Assembly: GCF_009914755.1 (NCBI RefSeq)
Contig: NC_060934.1
Reading direction: 5' to 3' (one strand)
DNA length: 64,000 nt
Origin: the human T2T-CHM13v2.0 reference genome, Homo sapiens
Part shown: positions 14,966-25,804 of the stretch, one piece after another
Numbering within the stretch: position 1 is the stretch's first letter
Layout of the letters: each line of letters starts with the position of its first letter
The notes under the pieces: generated by a model
The model's database searches: none
The model's input: only the letters and a program-made list of their open reading frames with translations
Told to the model about the DNA's origin: nothing
Translations under genes and position numbers: made by a program

Positions 14966-15584
14966 TGTTGGTAGAAGAGCCGAGCCAGGACTAGCTTGTC
15001 TGTCATAATGTAAAAAAGTCTTGGAACATGTCCTGGGTCCAGGGTCTAAACCCCCTTGTGGCCTTTGGAACACCAAGCTCTGTGCCAAAGGGTGGAAGGC
15101 TGCCCTGTGGCACCACAGTCTAAGCCCAGGGCATAAAACCCCTCATGGCTTGAATGGAATCCAGGGCTCAGGGCGTCAAAACCCTCATAGCCTCTGGAAT
15201 GTGTCCAGACTTGCTGGCTCCTTGCTTCTTGCTCTCCCAGGATCATAAATTGATTGTATCTTGAGTTGGAAGAACATGTTCTCTATTATCTCAAGTAGCA
15301 GAGCATGTTCCATGTGCTTCAAAGGAAATGCTAAACCGTCACAGCTATGCTTGATGCAGCGCTACCTTTCTACCCCCACATCTGCACATCCTCACCACCT
15401 GCTTCTTTGTTTGATCACCAATAAATAGTATGGGATCCCAGAGCTCAGGGCCTTTGCAGCCTCCATACCAGCATTGGCCCCCTGGACCCATCTTATGCAC
15501 TCTTAACCTGTCTTTTCTCATTCCTTTGACTCTGCTGGACTTCGTAGCCCCCACAGCCTGGTATTGGGTCTGATCATGCCAGTA
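14966..15584 (+). mobile_element. 5' LTR (LTR3 family)
   Basis: TGTTGGTAGAAGAG... about 90% identical by eye to 20780-21388; AATAAA at about 15420. Confidence 0.9.
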
Positions 15585-15588
15585 TTCC

Positions 15589-15606
15589 TAGCTCCCAACA
15601 TGGTGC
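15589..15606 (+). other. Degenerate primer-binding site, tRNA-Lys(CUU) type
   Basis: TAGCTCCCAACATGGTGC vs TGGCGCCCAACGTGGGGC, 14/18. Confidence 0.7.
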
Positions 15607-15693
15607 TATGAATACCCTGGTGAAGGAACACTAGAGCGTGTGGAGGTGGAGGATGCATCATCAGAGGACACCTGAGGACGACTGAAAGAAGCT

Positions 15694-16330
15694 AGAATAA
15701 ATGTTACAGGAGAAAAATATCCTTCTTTCAGTTCTGTCCAACAAGGACCTAAAGAACCATATACTGATTTTATTGCTCGGCTCCAAGAGACTATGCATAA
15801 AGCTGTAACTGACAGAACAGCTCAAGATGTTGTAATACATCTCCTTGCATATGATAATGCCAATATAGAGTGTCAAGCTGCTATTAAACCTATGAGACGG
15901 AAGGTCATTTGGCTGAATATATTAAGGCTTGTGATGCATTGGGGGTAACTTACATAAGGGCTACTCTTCTAGCTCAAGCTATGACTGGACTAAAGGTGGG
16001 AAAAATATGCCCTGTTTCTCAGGCTCTTGTTTTAATTGTGGGCAATTTGGACACACAAAAAAAAGTAATATAAAAAGGAAATCAACAGGCGAGGGATACT
16101 ACCAGTAAGCAACAAAGAAGTCCTGGTATCTTCCCCTGATGCAAGAAGGGCAATCACTGGGGAAATCAGTGTCATTCTAAATTTAGCAAAGATGGGCAAC
16201 CTTTTTTGGGAAATGGGAAGAGGGGCCCGCCTCAGGTCCCTCAACAAACCGAGGTGAATCCGGCACAGTCAGTGCCGTTACAAATGTACAATAATTGTCC
16301 CCTGCCACAGCAGGCTGTGCCGCTGCAGAT
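15694..16330 (+). pseudogene. gag remnant (CA C-terminus/MHR and NC zinc knuckles)
   Basis: KYPSFSSVQQGPKEPYTDFIARLQE (MHR); CFNCGQFGH and CKKGNHWGNQC knuckles; frameshifted. Confidence 0.85.
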
Positions 16331-17130
16331 CTTTGCAGCACAGTTCCCATTTCCTTACATCCTGGGGAGCCACCAAAGAAGGTCCCCACAGGAGTTAGGG
16401 GCCCTTTACCCTCGGGAACAGTTGGGCTATTGCTTGGAAGGTCTAGTTTAAATTTAAGAGGTGTCACTGTACATACAGGAATAATTGATTCTGATTATAC
16501 CAGAGAAATTCAATTAGTTATTAGTTCCTCAACTCCGTGTCTGCTTCCTCAGGAGAAGGAATTGCTCAGTTATTACTATTACCTTACACCAAGCTAGGAA
16601 GTAGTACAGTAAAAAGAACAGGAGGCTTTGGTAGTACAGATCCAGCAGGAAAGGCTGTCTATTGGGTTAATCAAGTGTCTGACAAAAGACCTATTTGTAC
16701 AATAACCATTCAAGGTAAAGACTTTGAATGATTAGTAGACATTGGAGCTGATGTCTCTATTATTGCTTTAAATCAATGGCCCCGAAATGGCCCAAAGAAA
16801 AGGCTTCAGTGGGTATTGTTGGCATAGAGACTGCCTCAGAAGTTTTTCAAAGTTCTTTAATTTTGCCATGCCAAGGGTTGGATGGCCAAGAAGGGACAAT
16901 TCAACCCATTTACACCTATTCCTGTCAATCTATAGGGTAGAGTCTTATTACAATGATGGGTTGCTGAAATATCTATTCCTGTGGATCAGTATAGTAATAA
17001 CAGTAAAGAAATGATGAGAAAAATGGGATATCTCCTGGGGAAAGTACTAGGAAAAAATGAAAATGGCCAACCAGAACCTTTAGAATTAAAAGGGCACACA
17101 GATCGAACTGGATTAGGGTATCATTTTTAG
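16295..17130 (+). pseudogene. pro remnant: dUTPase, aspartic protease, G-patch
   Basis: SPATAGCAAADL...GRSSLNLRG...GIIDSDY (dUTPase), RTGGFGST, LVDIGADVS (degenerate DTG), [16 protein letters not shown]; stops and frameshifts. Confidence 0.9.
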
Positions 17131-19640
17131 GAGAGGCCATTGCTGAGCCTCTGGCTCCCATTCCTCTTGTTTGGTTAGCTGCCAAACCAGTTTGGGTAGA
17201 GCAGTGGCTGCTGAAACAGGAAAAACTGGAGGCTTTAAAAGAATTGGTGCAGGAACAATTGCAAAAGGGACACATAGAGCCTACTTTCTCTCCTTGTAAT
17301 TCTCTTGTGCTTGTTATTAAGAAAAAATCAGGTAAATGGAAAATGTTAACAGCTTTAAGGGCTATTAATGCTGTAATTCAACCCACGGGCATGCTGCAAC
17401 CAGAGCTGGCTTCCCCAACTATGATTCCTAGATACTGGCCTCTCATAGTGATAGATTTAAAAGATTGCTTCTTTACTATTCCTTTAGCTACCCAAGATTA
17501 TGAAAAATTTGCTTTTACTGTTCCTGCTGTAAATAACAAAGAACTAGTGGACAGATACCATTGGAAAGTATTACCAGAAAGCATGTTAAGTAGCCCAACT
17601 CTTTGTCAAACTTATGTCAGACAAGCTATTAAGCCAGTTAGAGAACAATTTTTAAAATGTGATAGTATCCATTACATGGATATTTTATGTGCAGCTGAAA
17701 CTAGGGAGGAATTAATGTTATGCTACAAACAATTAGAAAAGGCTGTAATGGCAATAGGGTTAATCATAGCCCCTGATAAAATCCAAACTTCTACCCCCTT
17801 TCAATATTTAGTAGTGAAGGTAGAATAAAGTTATATTAAGCCTCAAAAGGTTCAAATTCGAAGAGATAATTTAAAAACTCTAAATGGTTTTCAAAAATTT
17901 TTAGGAGATATTAATTGGATTCATCCCACATTAGGCATTTCTACTTATGGTATGTCTCACCTCTTTGCTACCTTACAAGGTGATTCTGAGCTTAATAGTA
18001 AACGCTCTGTATCCAAAGAAGCATTAGAAGAACTTCAATTAATTGAAGAAAAAGCACAGGTGAAACGAATTGACCCTACACAGCCATTACAGTTTTTAGT
18101 TTTTCCCACTAAACGTTCACCTACAGGAGTTATTGTTCAACAGAATGATCTGGTTGAGTGGCTTTTTCTACTTCACAATGCAACTAAAACGCTCACCCTG
18201 TACTTAGATCAAATTGCTTTACTAGTAGGACAAGCAAGGCTGCACACAACAGAGTTAATGGGATATGATCCAAATCGGATTATAGTTTCATTAAACAAAC
18301 AACAAATTCAGCAAGCTTATATTAATTCCCAGGAATGGCAAGTTAATTTGGCTGGTTTTATTGGTGTTCTTGATAGACATTATCCTAAATTCAAAATATT
18401 CCAGTTTCTTAAGTTAACATCATGGATATTGCCTTCCATTACTCAAAAAGCCCCTATTGAAGGGGCCATTACTGTTTTTACTGACGGGTTTGGTAATGGA
18501 AAAGACTCATTTGTAGGACCTCAACAACAAGTTTTTCAAACTGGCTTCACATCTGCTCAATGGGCTGAACTTATGGCTGTAATTATGGTGTTAAAAACCT
18601 TTAAACAGCCAGTTAATATTGTTTCTGATTCAGCTTATGTGATACAAGCCACACAAAATATTGAATGTGCTTTAATTCACAATGTGACTGATGAACAACT
18701 TAATCTTTTATTTCATTCTTTATAGCAAGCAGTACAACAAAGACACTCCCCTTTCTATATCACTCACATAAGAGCACACGTTAACCTCCCAGGCCCTTTG
18801 ACTAAACTTAATCAAAGGGCAGATGCACTGGTTTCTGCAGCTTTTGATGATGCACAGACAATCCATTCTTTAGCCCATCTTAATGCCACAGGTCTGAGAA
18901 AAATATATAATTTATCATGGAAACAGGCTAAGGAAACTGCTCTGCCTGTCAAGTTTTACATCTACCACATCAAGGAGCAGGAGTTAACCCTAAAGGTTTA
19001 TCTCCAAATTCCACCTGGCAGATGGATGTAACACATGTTCCCGCCTTTGGAAAATTGTCTTTTGTTCATGTTTCAGTAGATACTTATTCACATTTTATCT
19101 GGGCCACATGTCAAACAGGGAAGCTACAGCTCATGTTAAAAGACATCTTTTATCTTGCTTTGCAGTTATGGGAATTCCAAAAAAAATAAAAACTGATAAT
19201 GGCCCAGGGTATTGCAGTAAAGCCATGACTGCATTTTTTCAGCAGTGGAATATTACTTATACTACAGGAATTCCATGAAACTCACAAGGACAAGCAATAG
19301 TTGAAAGAGCTAATCATACCTTAAAAACTCAAATACAAAAACAAAAAGGGGGAAATCAGACATATAAATCCCCACATATGCAATTACACTTAGCTTTATT
19401 TTAAATTTACAAAAAGATCAACCCATGACTGCAGCTGAACAACATCTGACAGGACAAAAGGAAAATAAAAGGCTGGACAAGATATATGGTGGAGGGATGC
19501 ACATACAAAAAGGTGGGAAAAAGGAAAAATAATTACATGGGGAAGAGGATTTGCTTTTGTCTCTCCAGGTGACAATCAGTTGTCTGTGGGTGCCCACCAA
19601 ACATCTGAAGATCCATCATGAGCCACACCAGGAAGAGAGG
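17100..19640 (+). pseudogene. pol remnant: RT, RNase H, integrase
   Basis: [18 protein letters not shown] (one catalytic Asp lost), TVFTDG/SDSAY (RNase H), WQMDVTH and KTDNGPGY (integrase); multiple stops. Confidence 0.92.
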
Positions 19641-19683
19641 ACCCTGGGAAGAGCCAGAGCTCCCTATACAAGTGATGGCATGA

Positions 19684-20769
19684 ATGAACATCTCAGAGAC
19701 AAAGAAAAAGACTGTGAATACTCGCCAGGTGGATCTTCCAACATGGGGCCAAGTCAAACTGGCACAGATGGCAGAGGCCAACCTCAGAGCACAGAACAAA
19801 CCAAAAACAACTAGTAAGTTAAAGGTGGCCATGCTGGCAGTACTGTCTGTGGCAGACCTTTTGGATTCAAAGTTGTGTCCAGCCACCTTTTATGTTAGCA
19901 ATAGGAAATGTTATTCTTGACATAAATACCCATTCTATCACATGCCCCGAATGTCACTTGTTTAGTTGCATTAACTCAACCTTTGATAAAAATCAAACTT
20001 TCTTGTTAATTAGAGCCAGAGAAGGAGTTTGGATCCCTGTGTCTCTAAATAGACCACGGGATGCATCACCATCCATTCATATTGTAACTGAGATTCTTAA
20101 AAACCTGTTATCCCATTCAAAAAGATTCACAGTTGCTCTTGTATTTGCTATAATTGGCCTCATTGCTGTTACCACTACTGCTGCAGTAGCTGGTGTGGCT
20201 TTACACTCATCTGTGCAGACTGTTGAATTTGTTGATAAATGGCAAAAGAATTCTACGAAATTATGGAACTCTCAGGCCCAAATAGATCAAAAGATAGTCA
20301 AATCAGTGATCTCTGTCAGACAGTAATTTGGATGGGGGATCACATCCTAAGTTTAGAAACTAGAATTCAAATGCGTTGTGTTTGGAATATATCCGATTTT
20401 TGCATTACTCCTCATAGTTACAATGAGACAGAACACCAATGGGAAAGAATTAAACGCCATCTAGAGGGCAGAGAGGAAAATCTCACCTTCAATATTGTAA
20501 AACTGAAAGAGCAGGTTTTTGAAGCCTCTCAGGCTCACTTGGCCCTGCCCCCTGGCACTGATATTTTAAACAAGGCAGCTGATGAGTTGTCTGCAATCTA
20601 TCCTCTTAAATGGATTAAGACCATTGGAAACTCTACACTTGTAAACTTTGTTCTAGTAACTGTGTGGTTGTGCTGTCTCCTTTTAGTCTGCAGATGTGGA
20701 AGCTGCCTCTGGACAGGAAGCCCCTGTAGAGAACAAGCAATGATAGCTGTGGCAGTTTTGCAAAAATAA
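19684..20769 (+). pseudogene. env remnant (leader/signal region, internal deletion of SU, TM)
   Basis: PTWGQVK leader; HSKR|[32 protein letters not shown] cleavage site and fusion peptide; CVWNISDFC; TM anchor; frameshifted. Confidence 0.88.
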
Positions 20770-20779
20770 AAGGGAGACA

Positions 20780-21388
20780 TGTTGGTAGAAGAGCTGAGGC
20801 AGGACTAGCTTGTCTGTCATAATGTAAAAGAGTCTTGGAACATGTCCTGGGTCCAGGGTCTAAACCCCCTCATGGCCTTTGGAACACCAAGCTCTGTGCC
20901 AAAGGGTGGAAGGCTGCCCTGTGGCACCACAATCTAAGCTCAGGGCATAAAACCCCTTGTGGCTTTGATGGAATCCAGGGCTCAGACCATAAAACCCCTC
21001 GTGGCCTTTTGAATGTGCACCGACTTGCTGGCTCCTTGCTTCTTGCTCTCCCAGAATCGTAAATTGATTGTATCTTGAGTTGGAAGAACATGTTCTCCAT
21101 TATCTCACGTAGCAGAGCATGTTCCATGTACTTCAAAGAAAATGCTAAACCGTCACAGCTACGCTTGATGCACCACTACCTTTCTACCCCCACATCCGCA
21201 CGTCCTCACCACCTGCTTCTTTGTTTGATCACCAATAAATAGTGTGGGCTCCCAGAGCTCAGGGCCTTCACTGCCTCCATACTAGCGTTGGCCCCCTGGA
21301 CCAACCTTATGCACTCTTAGCCTTTTCTCATTCCTTTGACTCTGCCAGACTTTGTAGCCACCATGGCCTGGTGTTGGGTCTGATCACC
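20780..21388 (+). mobile_element. 3' LTR (LTR3 family), last 6 bp displaced to 22612-22617
   Basis: Follows the PPT; direct repeat of the 5' LTR; interrupted by LTR5A. Confidence 0.9.
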
Positions 21389-22605
21389 TGTAGGGAAAAG
21401 AAAAAGAGATCAGATTGTCACTGTGTCTATGTAGAAAGGAAAGCCATAAGAGACTCCATTTTGAAAAAGAGCTGTACTTTAAACAGTTGCTTTGCTGAGA
21501 TGTTGTTAATTTGTAGTTTTGTCCCAGCCACTTTGCCCCAGCCACTTTGACCCAACCACTTTGATCCAATCTGGAGCTCACAAAAACATGTGTTGTATGA
21601 AATCAAGGTTTAAGGGATCTAGGGTTGTGCAGGACGTGCCTTATTAACAAAGTGTTTACTAGCAGTATACTTGGTAAAAGTCATTGCTATTCTCTAGTCT
21701 CAATAAACCAGGGGCACAATACACTGCGGAAAGCCGCAGGGACCTCTGCCCTTGAAAGTTGGGTATTGTCCAAAGTTTCTCTCCATGTGATAGTCTGAAA
21801 TATGGCCTCATGGGATGAGAAAGACCTGACTGTCCCCCAGCCTGACTCCCATAAAGGGTCTGTGCCGAGGTGGATTAGTAAAAGAGGAAAGCCTCTTGCA
21901 GTTGAGATAGAGGAAGGCCACTGTCTCCTGCCTGCCCCTGGGAACTGAATGTCTCGGTATAAAACCCGATTGTACATTTGTTCAATTCTGAGATAGGAGA
22001 AAAACTGTCCTATGGTGAGAGGTGAGACATGTTTGCAGCAATGCTGCCTTGTTATTCTTTACTCCGCTGAGATGTTTGGGTGGAGAGAAACATAAATCTG
22101 GCCTACGTGCACATGCAGGCATAGTACCTTCCCTTGAACTTGATTATGACATAGATTCTTTTGCTCACATGTTTTTTGCTGACCTTCTCCTTATTATCAC
22201 CCTGCTCTCCTACTACATGCCTTTTTGCTGAAATAATGAAAATAATAATCAATAAAAACTGAGGGAACTCAGAGACCGGTGCTGGTGCAGGTCCTTGGTG
22301 TGCTGAGTGCCGGTCCCCTGGGCCCACTGTTGTTTCTCTATACTTTGTCTCTGTCTTATTTCTTTTTATTATCACCCTGCTCTCCTACTACATTCCTTTT
22401 TGCTGAAATAATGAAAATAATAATCAATAAAAACTGAGGGAACTCAGAGACCAGTGCTGGTGCAGGTCCTTGGTGTGCTGAGTGCCGGTCCCCTGGGCCC
22501 ACTGTTGTTTCTCTATACTTTGTCTCTGTCTTATTTCTTTTCTCAGTCTCTCGTCCTCCCCGACGAGAAATACCCACAGGTGTGGAGGGGCAGGCCACCC
22601 CTTCA
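21389..22605 (+). mobile_element. Solo HERV-K(HML-2) LTR5A with internal 175-bp tandem duplication
   Basis: TGTAGGGAAAAG..GAGATCAGATTG start, CCAGCCACTTTG repeats, GGCCACCCCTTCA end, perfect 6-bp TSD ATCACC (21383-21388, 22606-22611). Confidence 0.92.
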
Positions 22606-22699
22606 ATCACCCCAGCAGATGGCTTCACCAGATATAGGATTTAGCATTGACAGATCTTTTCTTTCAGCAGTAAAAACTGTTGTTCCTCATTCACGCCTG

Positions 22700-24090
22700 C
22701 AGCAGAGCTGTCCAGCATCCACATGCCCCCTCCACCTGGGCCTGATAATGCTGGTGACCCCACCCATTCCAGTGGCAGAGCCACCATGTGCCTGCTTGCC
22801 CCCTTCCCCCTTGTGCTCAAGGACTTGCCCACCCAGCAGCCTCTGCCCCAAGAAAAGACATGCCATATCCCCCCAAAACACCTACAATCTAGGCCACTCA
22901 GGCATTTGCAGACACTGCTGACATTGAACACAGTAGAAGAAGTCTTACAGAGACTACACTACTGTGCCCACTCAGAACCAAAGCCAAAACACCCTATCCA
23001 ATCAACATTATAGGATACATCTGCAGGAAAAATGCTTTCTCTATGAAAGCTACTCCATAAAATAAGAGAGCAACCATTCCATGAAATATGCAGACACCAA
23101 TGTAGAAACATGAAAAGACACACGAAAAAGTAAGGAAACATGACACCTTAAAAGGAACACAATTCTCTCTCTAGTAGCAGACCCCTAAGAAAAGAAAATC
23201 TACAAAATGCATGAAAAGTAATTCAAAATAATGATCTCACAGAAACTCAGCAAGAAACAATGCAATATAAAGAGACAATTCAACAAAACCAGAAAAACAA
23301 TTCCTAATATGGAGAAATTCAACAAAGAGATAGATGTCATAAAGTGAACAAAAGTCTCATAACTGAAGAATTCAATTAATGAAATAGACATACAATCAAG
23401 AACTTCAACAATAGACTAGACTAAGCATGAGAAATAATTCCTGACTTTGAAGAAGACAGATCTTTTGAAATAACCTTCTCAGACAAAAAAATAAGTTTTA
23501 AAAATGAAAAAAGCCTATGGGACTTATGGAACAAGAGTAGGCTAATAAATATTCACTTTATGGAAGGTCAAGAAGATGAAGACATGGAAAAAGGGATAGA
23601 AAACCCATTTATGGAAATAATAACTGAAAACTTCTCAAGTCTAGGGAGAGATATGAACATCCAGATACAAGAAGCTCAAATATCTCCAAATAGATTCAAT
23701 ACAAAAAGGTCCTCTCCAAGGTACATTATAGTCACATTGTCAGAAGTCAAAGAGAAATAGAAACTTCTAGAAACAGCAAAAGTATTGAGTAATATATAAA
23801 GGAATGTCAATAAGACTAACAGTAGATTTTTCATCAGAAACTTTGCAGTCCGGGAGAGAATGGCATGATATGTTCAAAGTGCTGAAGGAAAAAAACCTGG
23901 CCAGCAAGAATATTATAGCCAGCAAATCTGTCCTTCAGAAATGAAGGAGAAATAGTCTTTTCTAGACAAGCAAACCTTGATCATCATACTAGCTCAGCCC
24001 TACAAGAAATGCTTAAGGGAGTCCTACATCTAGAAGTGAAAGGATCTTAACCACCATGATAAAATCTCACAAAAGAATAAAAATCACTAG
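22700..24090 (+). mobile_element. L1M 5' UTR/ORF1 remnant
   Basis: ORF1p-like KGIENPFMEIITENFSSLGRDMNIQIQEAQISPNRFNTKRSSPRYII (23560-23760). Confidence 0.85.
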
Positions 24091-24099
24091 GAAATCAGG

Positions 24100-24710
24100 G
24101 CTTGGTGATTTATTGAATGTGGGACGAGCAAAAGAAAGGGTGGAACAAAGGACTATGGCTGGACTACTGCCCTGGCCAAAGTGGCTGGTTCTGAGAAGGA
24201 GCACAGGGGAATGAGGAAGAAAGGACTGAGAGGGGAAGGATCATGTTGACATGTTAATATGAGCTGCCCATGGGGGGTGGAAATGTCCAGGAGGAAGTTA
24301 GATGGTGGATGCACACGTCTGAAGCTTTAAGGAGAGAAAACCTTCCTAGAATTCTCTTTACTTATCAGAAAAGACCCCAAAGCTAACAACACTTTGTAAT
24401 CTCATGAGAAATGGCCAAAAGAATTAGAGCTTGACCCCAATTGTGGCTTTCCTCACAGGACTTCTCCCCGTTGGTTCCAGCAGTTTCCATGGTCCCAGGC
24501 CAGGGCTGGGACCCTGCACAGCCCCCTGGCGAAATAAGGCTGGGAAAGAACAATCACTTTGTGGGAAACTTGGAGGTTCAGGGGACTGCTGTTTGAAGGT
24601 GGTGGAGGGTGATAGAGTTAACTCAACACTGTGATCATGTGACTGGGTTGTAATGTGACTATGGGGAAACCACCCAACCTCTCTGGTCCATGGTTTCCCC
24701 ATCTGTGCTG
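24100..24710. mobile_element. Short degenerate L2 and MIR fragments
   Basis: GGGCTTGGTGATTTATTGAATGTGGG and GGAAATGTCCAGGAGGAAGTTAGAT (L2-like); GGTTTCCCCATCTGT (MIR core). Confidence 0.45.
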
Positions 24711-25804
24711 CAGGGCGGCTGGCTTGCAGGATAGTTCCTAAGAAGCATCCTCCTCATCAGCTCTCTAACTCTAAGCTTTAACTTTGATTAGACTTTTGCT
24801 GGAATTTCTCTGGCCCTGCCAGGGTGACAGAGTCAGGGGAGATTTTGAAGAACAAATCAGTCCAGACAACTGTGACATCTTTTATTTTCTAGATGGCATT
24901 GTTAGATATGGGGCTTTAATAAGTTGATCTGATATCTGGGGTCCACCAGGCCAGCTCTCTGAATGGCATTTTTCACTGTGTTACTTGATTTTTCTTTAAT
25001 TGAATGTGGATCAGAATATAGATAAGGGAGCTGGATGCAGGAAGAAACCTTCAAAGGCAGGGGTTTTGCAGTCAGGGAACTATACTCTCCAAGAGATGGG
25101 AGGGTAGGGCATGTCGGGGAGGACCTGCATTCATGCCAAGCTGCAGTGTCACCTTTATTAATGATGACGGAGAGGGAGTCAGCAGGCAGCTAGTGTGGAC
25201 TGCAGAGGATGGTAACCGGGAGGTGTTACTACTTTTCTAAAGGACAGGGAAGTGGGACAAATGGGAATTTTAAGAGGCGAGAGGTGAACAGAGGGAGGAG
25301 AGAAAGGCAAAAAAAAAAAATTGAGTATGATGTCATCTGGAAAATTGCAAACAAATGAATCAATGAAGTATCATTCCCAAAGCAGGGAGGCTTCCAGAGA
25401 AGGAGCCAGCCTGGCGGGGAGCTGGGGTCTGAAAGGAAGCACAAGCTGGGTTGGCTATGCAGTACCCTAGCCAGAGATAAGCCACAGCCGGCACGTGAGC
25501 CCCAGGAATGGACTTCCACTTTCTTCTGTCTCTTTCTGCCCAGAGCCCCCCCTTTTTTTCCCTTGAAAGACATCAGACGGAATGCTGTATCCAAAAGGGC
25601 TTTACAAGAGCTCATTAATGTGAACCATTGGAGTTAGCTTTTTAAACAGTTATCTCTGATTTCAGCTTCATAGGATTTTTCTCATCATGGGGATCAGCTT
25701 CATAAAAGCCAGAGCATGATGATTCTGCCAATTTTTGCTGTTAACAGATGAAATAGTACTCCCTTTATAAAAATGAGGTGCAATGATTTCGGGTAGCTTT
25801 CTTT

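Larger units (their letters stand above)
14966..22617 (+). mobile_element. Deleted betaretrovirus-like provirus, HERV-K(HML-6)/HERVK3 type with LTR3-family LTRs
   Basis: Paired LTRs (14966-15584; 20780-21388 plus 22612-22617), Lys-type PBS, gag-pro-pol-env remnants, PPT AAAAATAAAAGGGAGACA, flanks CATGG/GATGG. Confidence 0.88.

Noticed and set aside
15020-15312. p53 response element in LTR3 (GAACATGTCC, GAACATGTTC, GAGCATGTTC)
   Set aside because: Isolated half-sites spaced 20 bp or more apart; not a canonical full element
17244-18725. Functional reverse transcriptase/RNase H
   Set aside because: YMDD has lost an Asp, LPQG is degenerate, and in-frame stops split the domains
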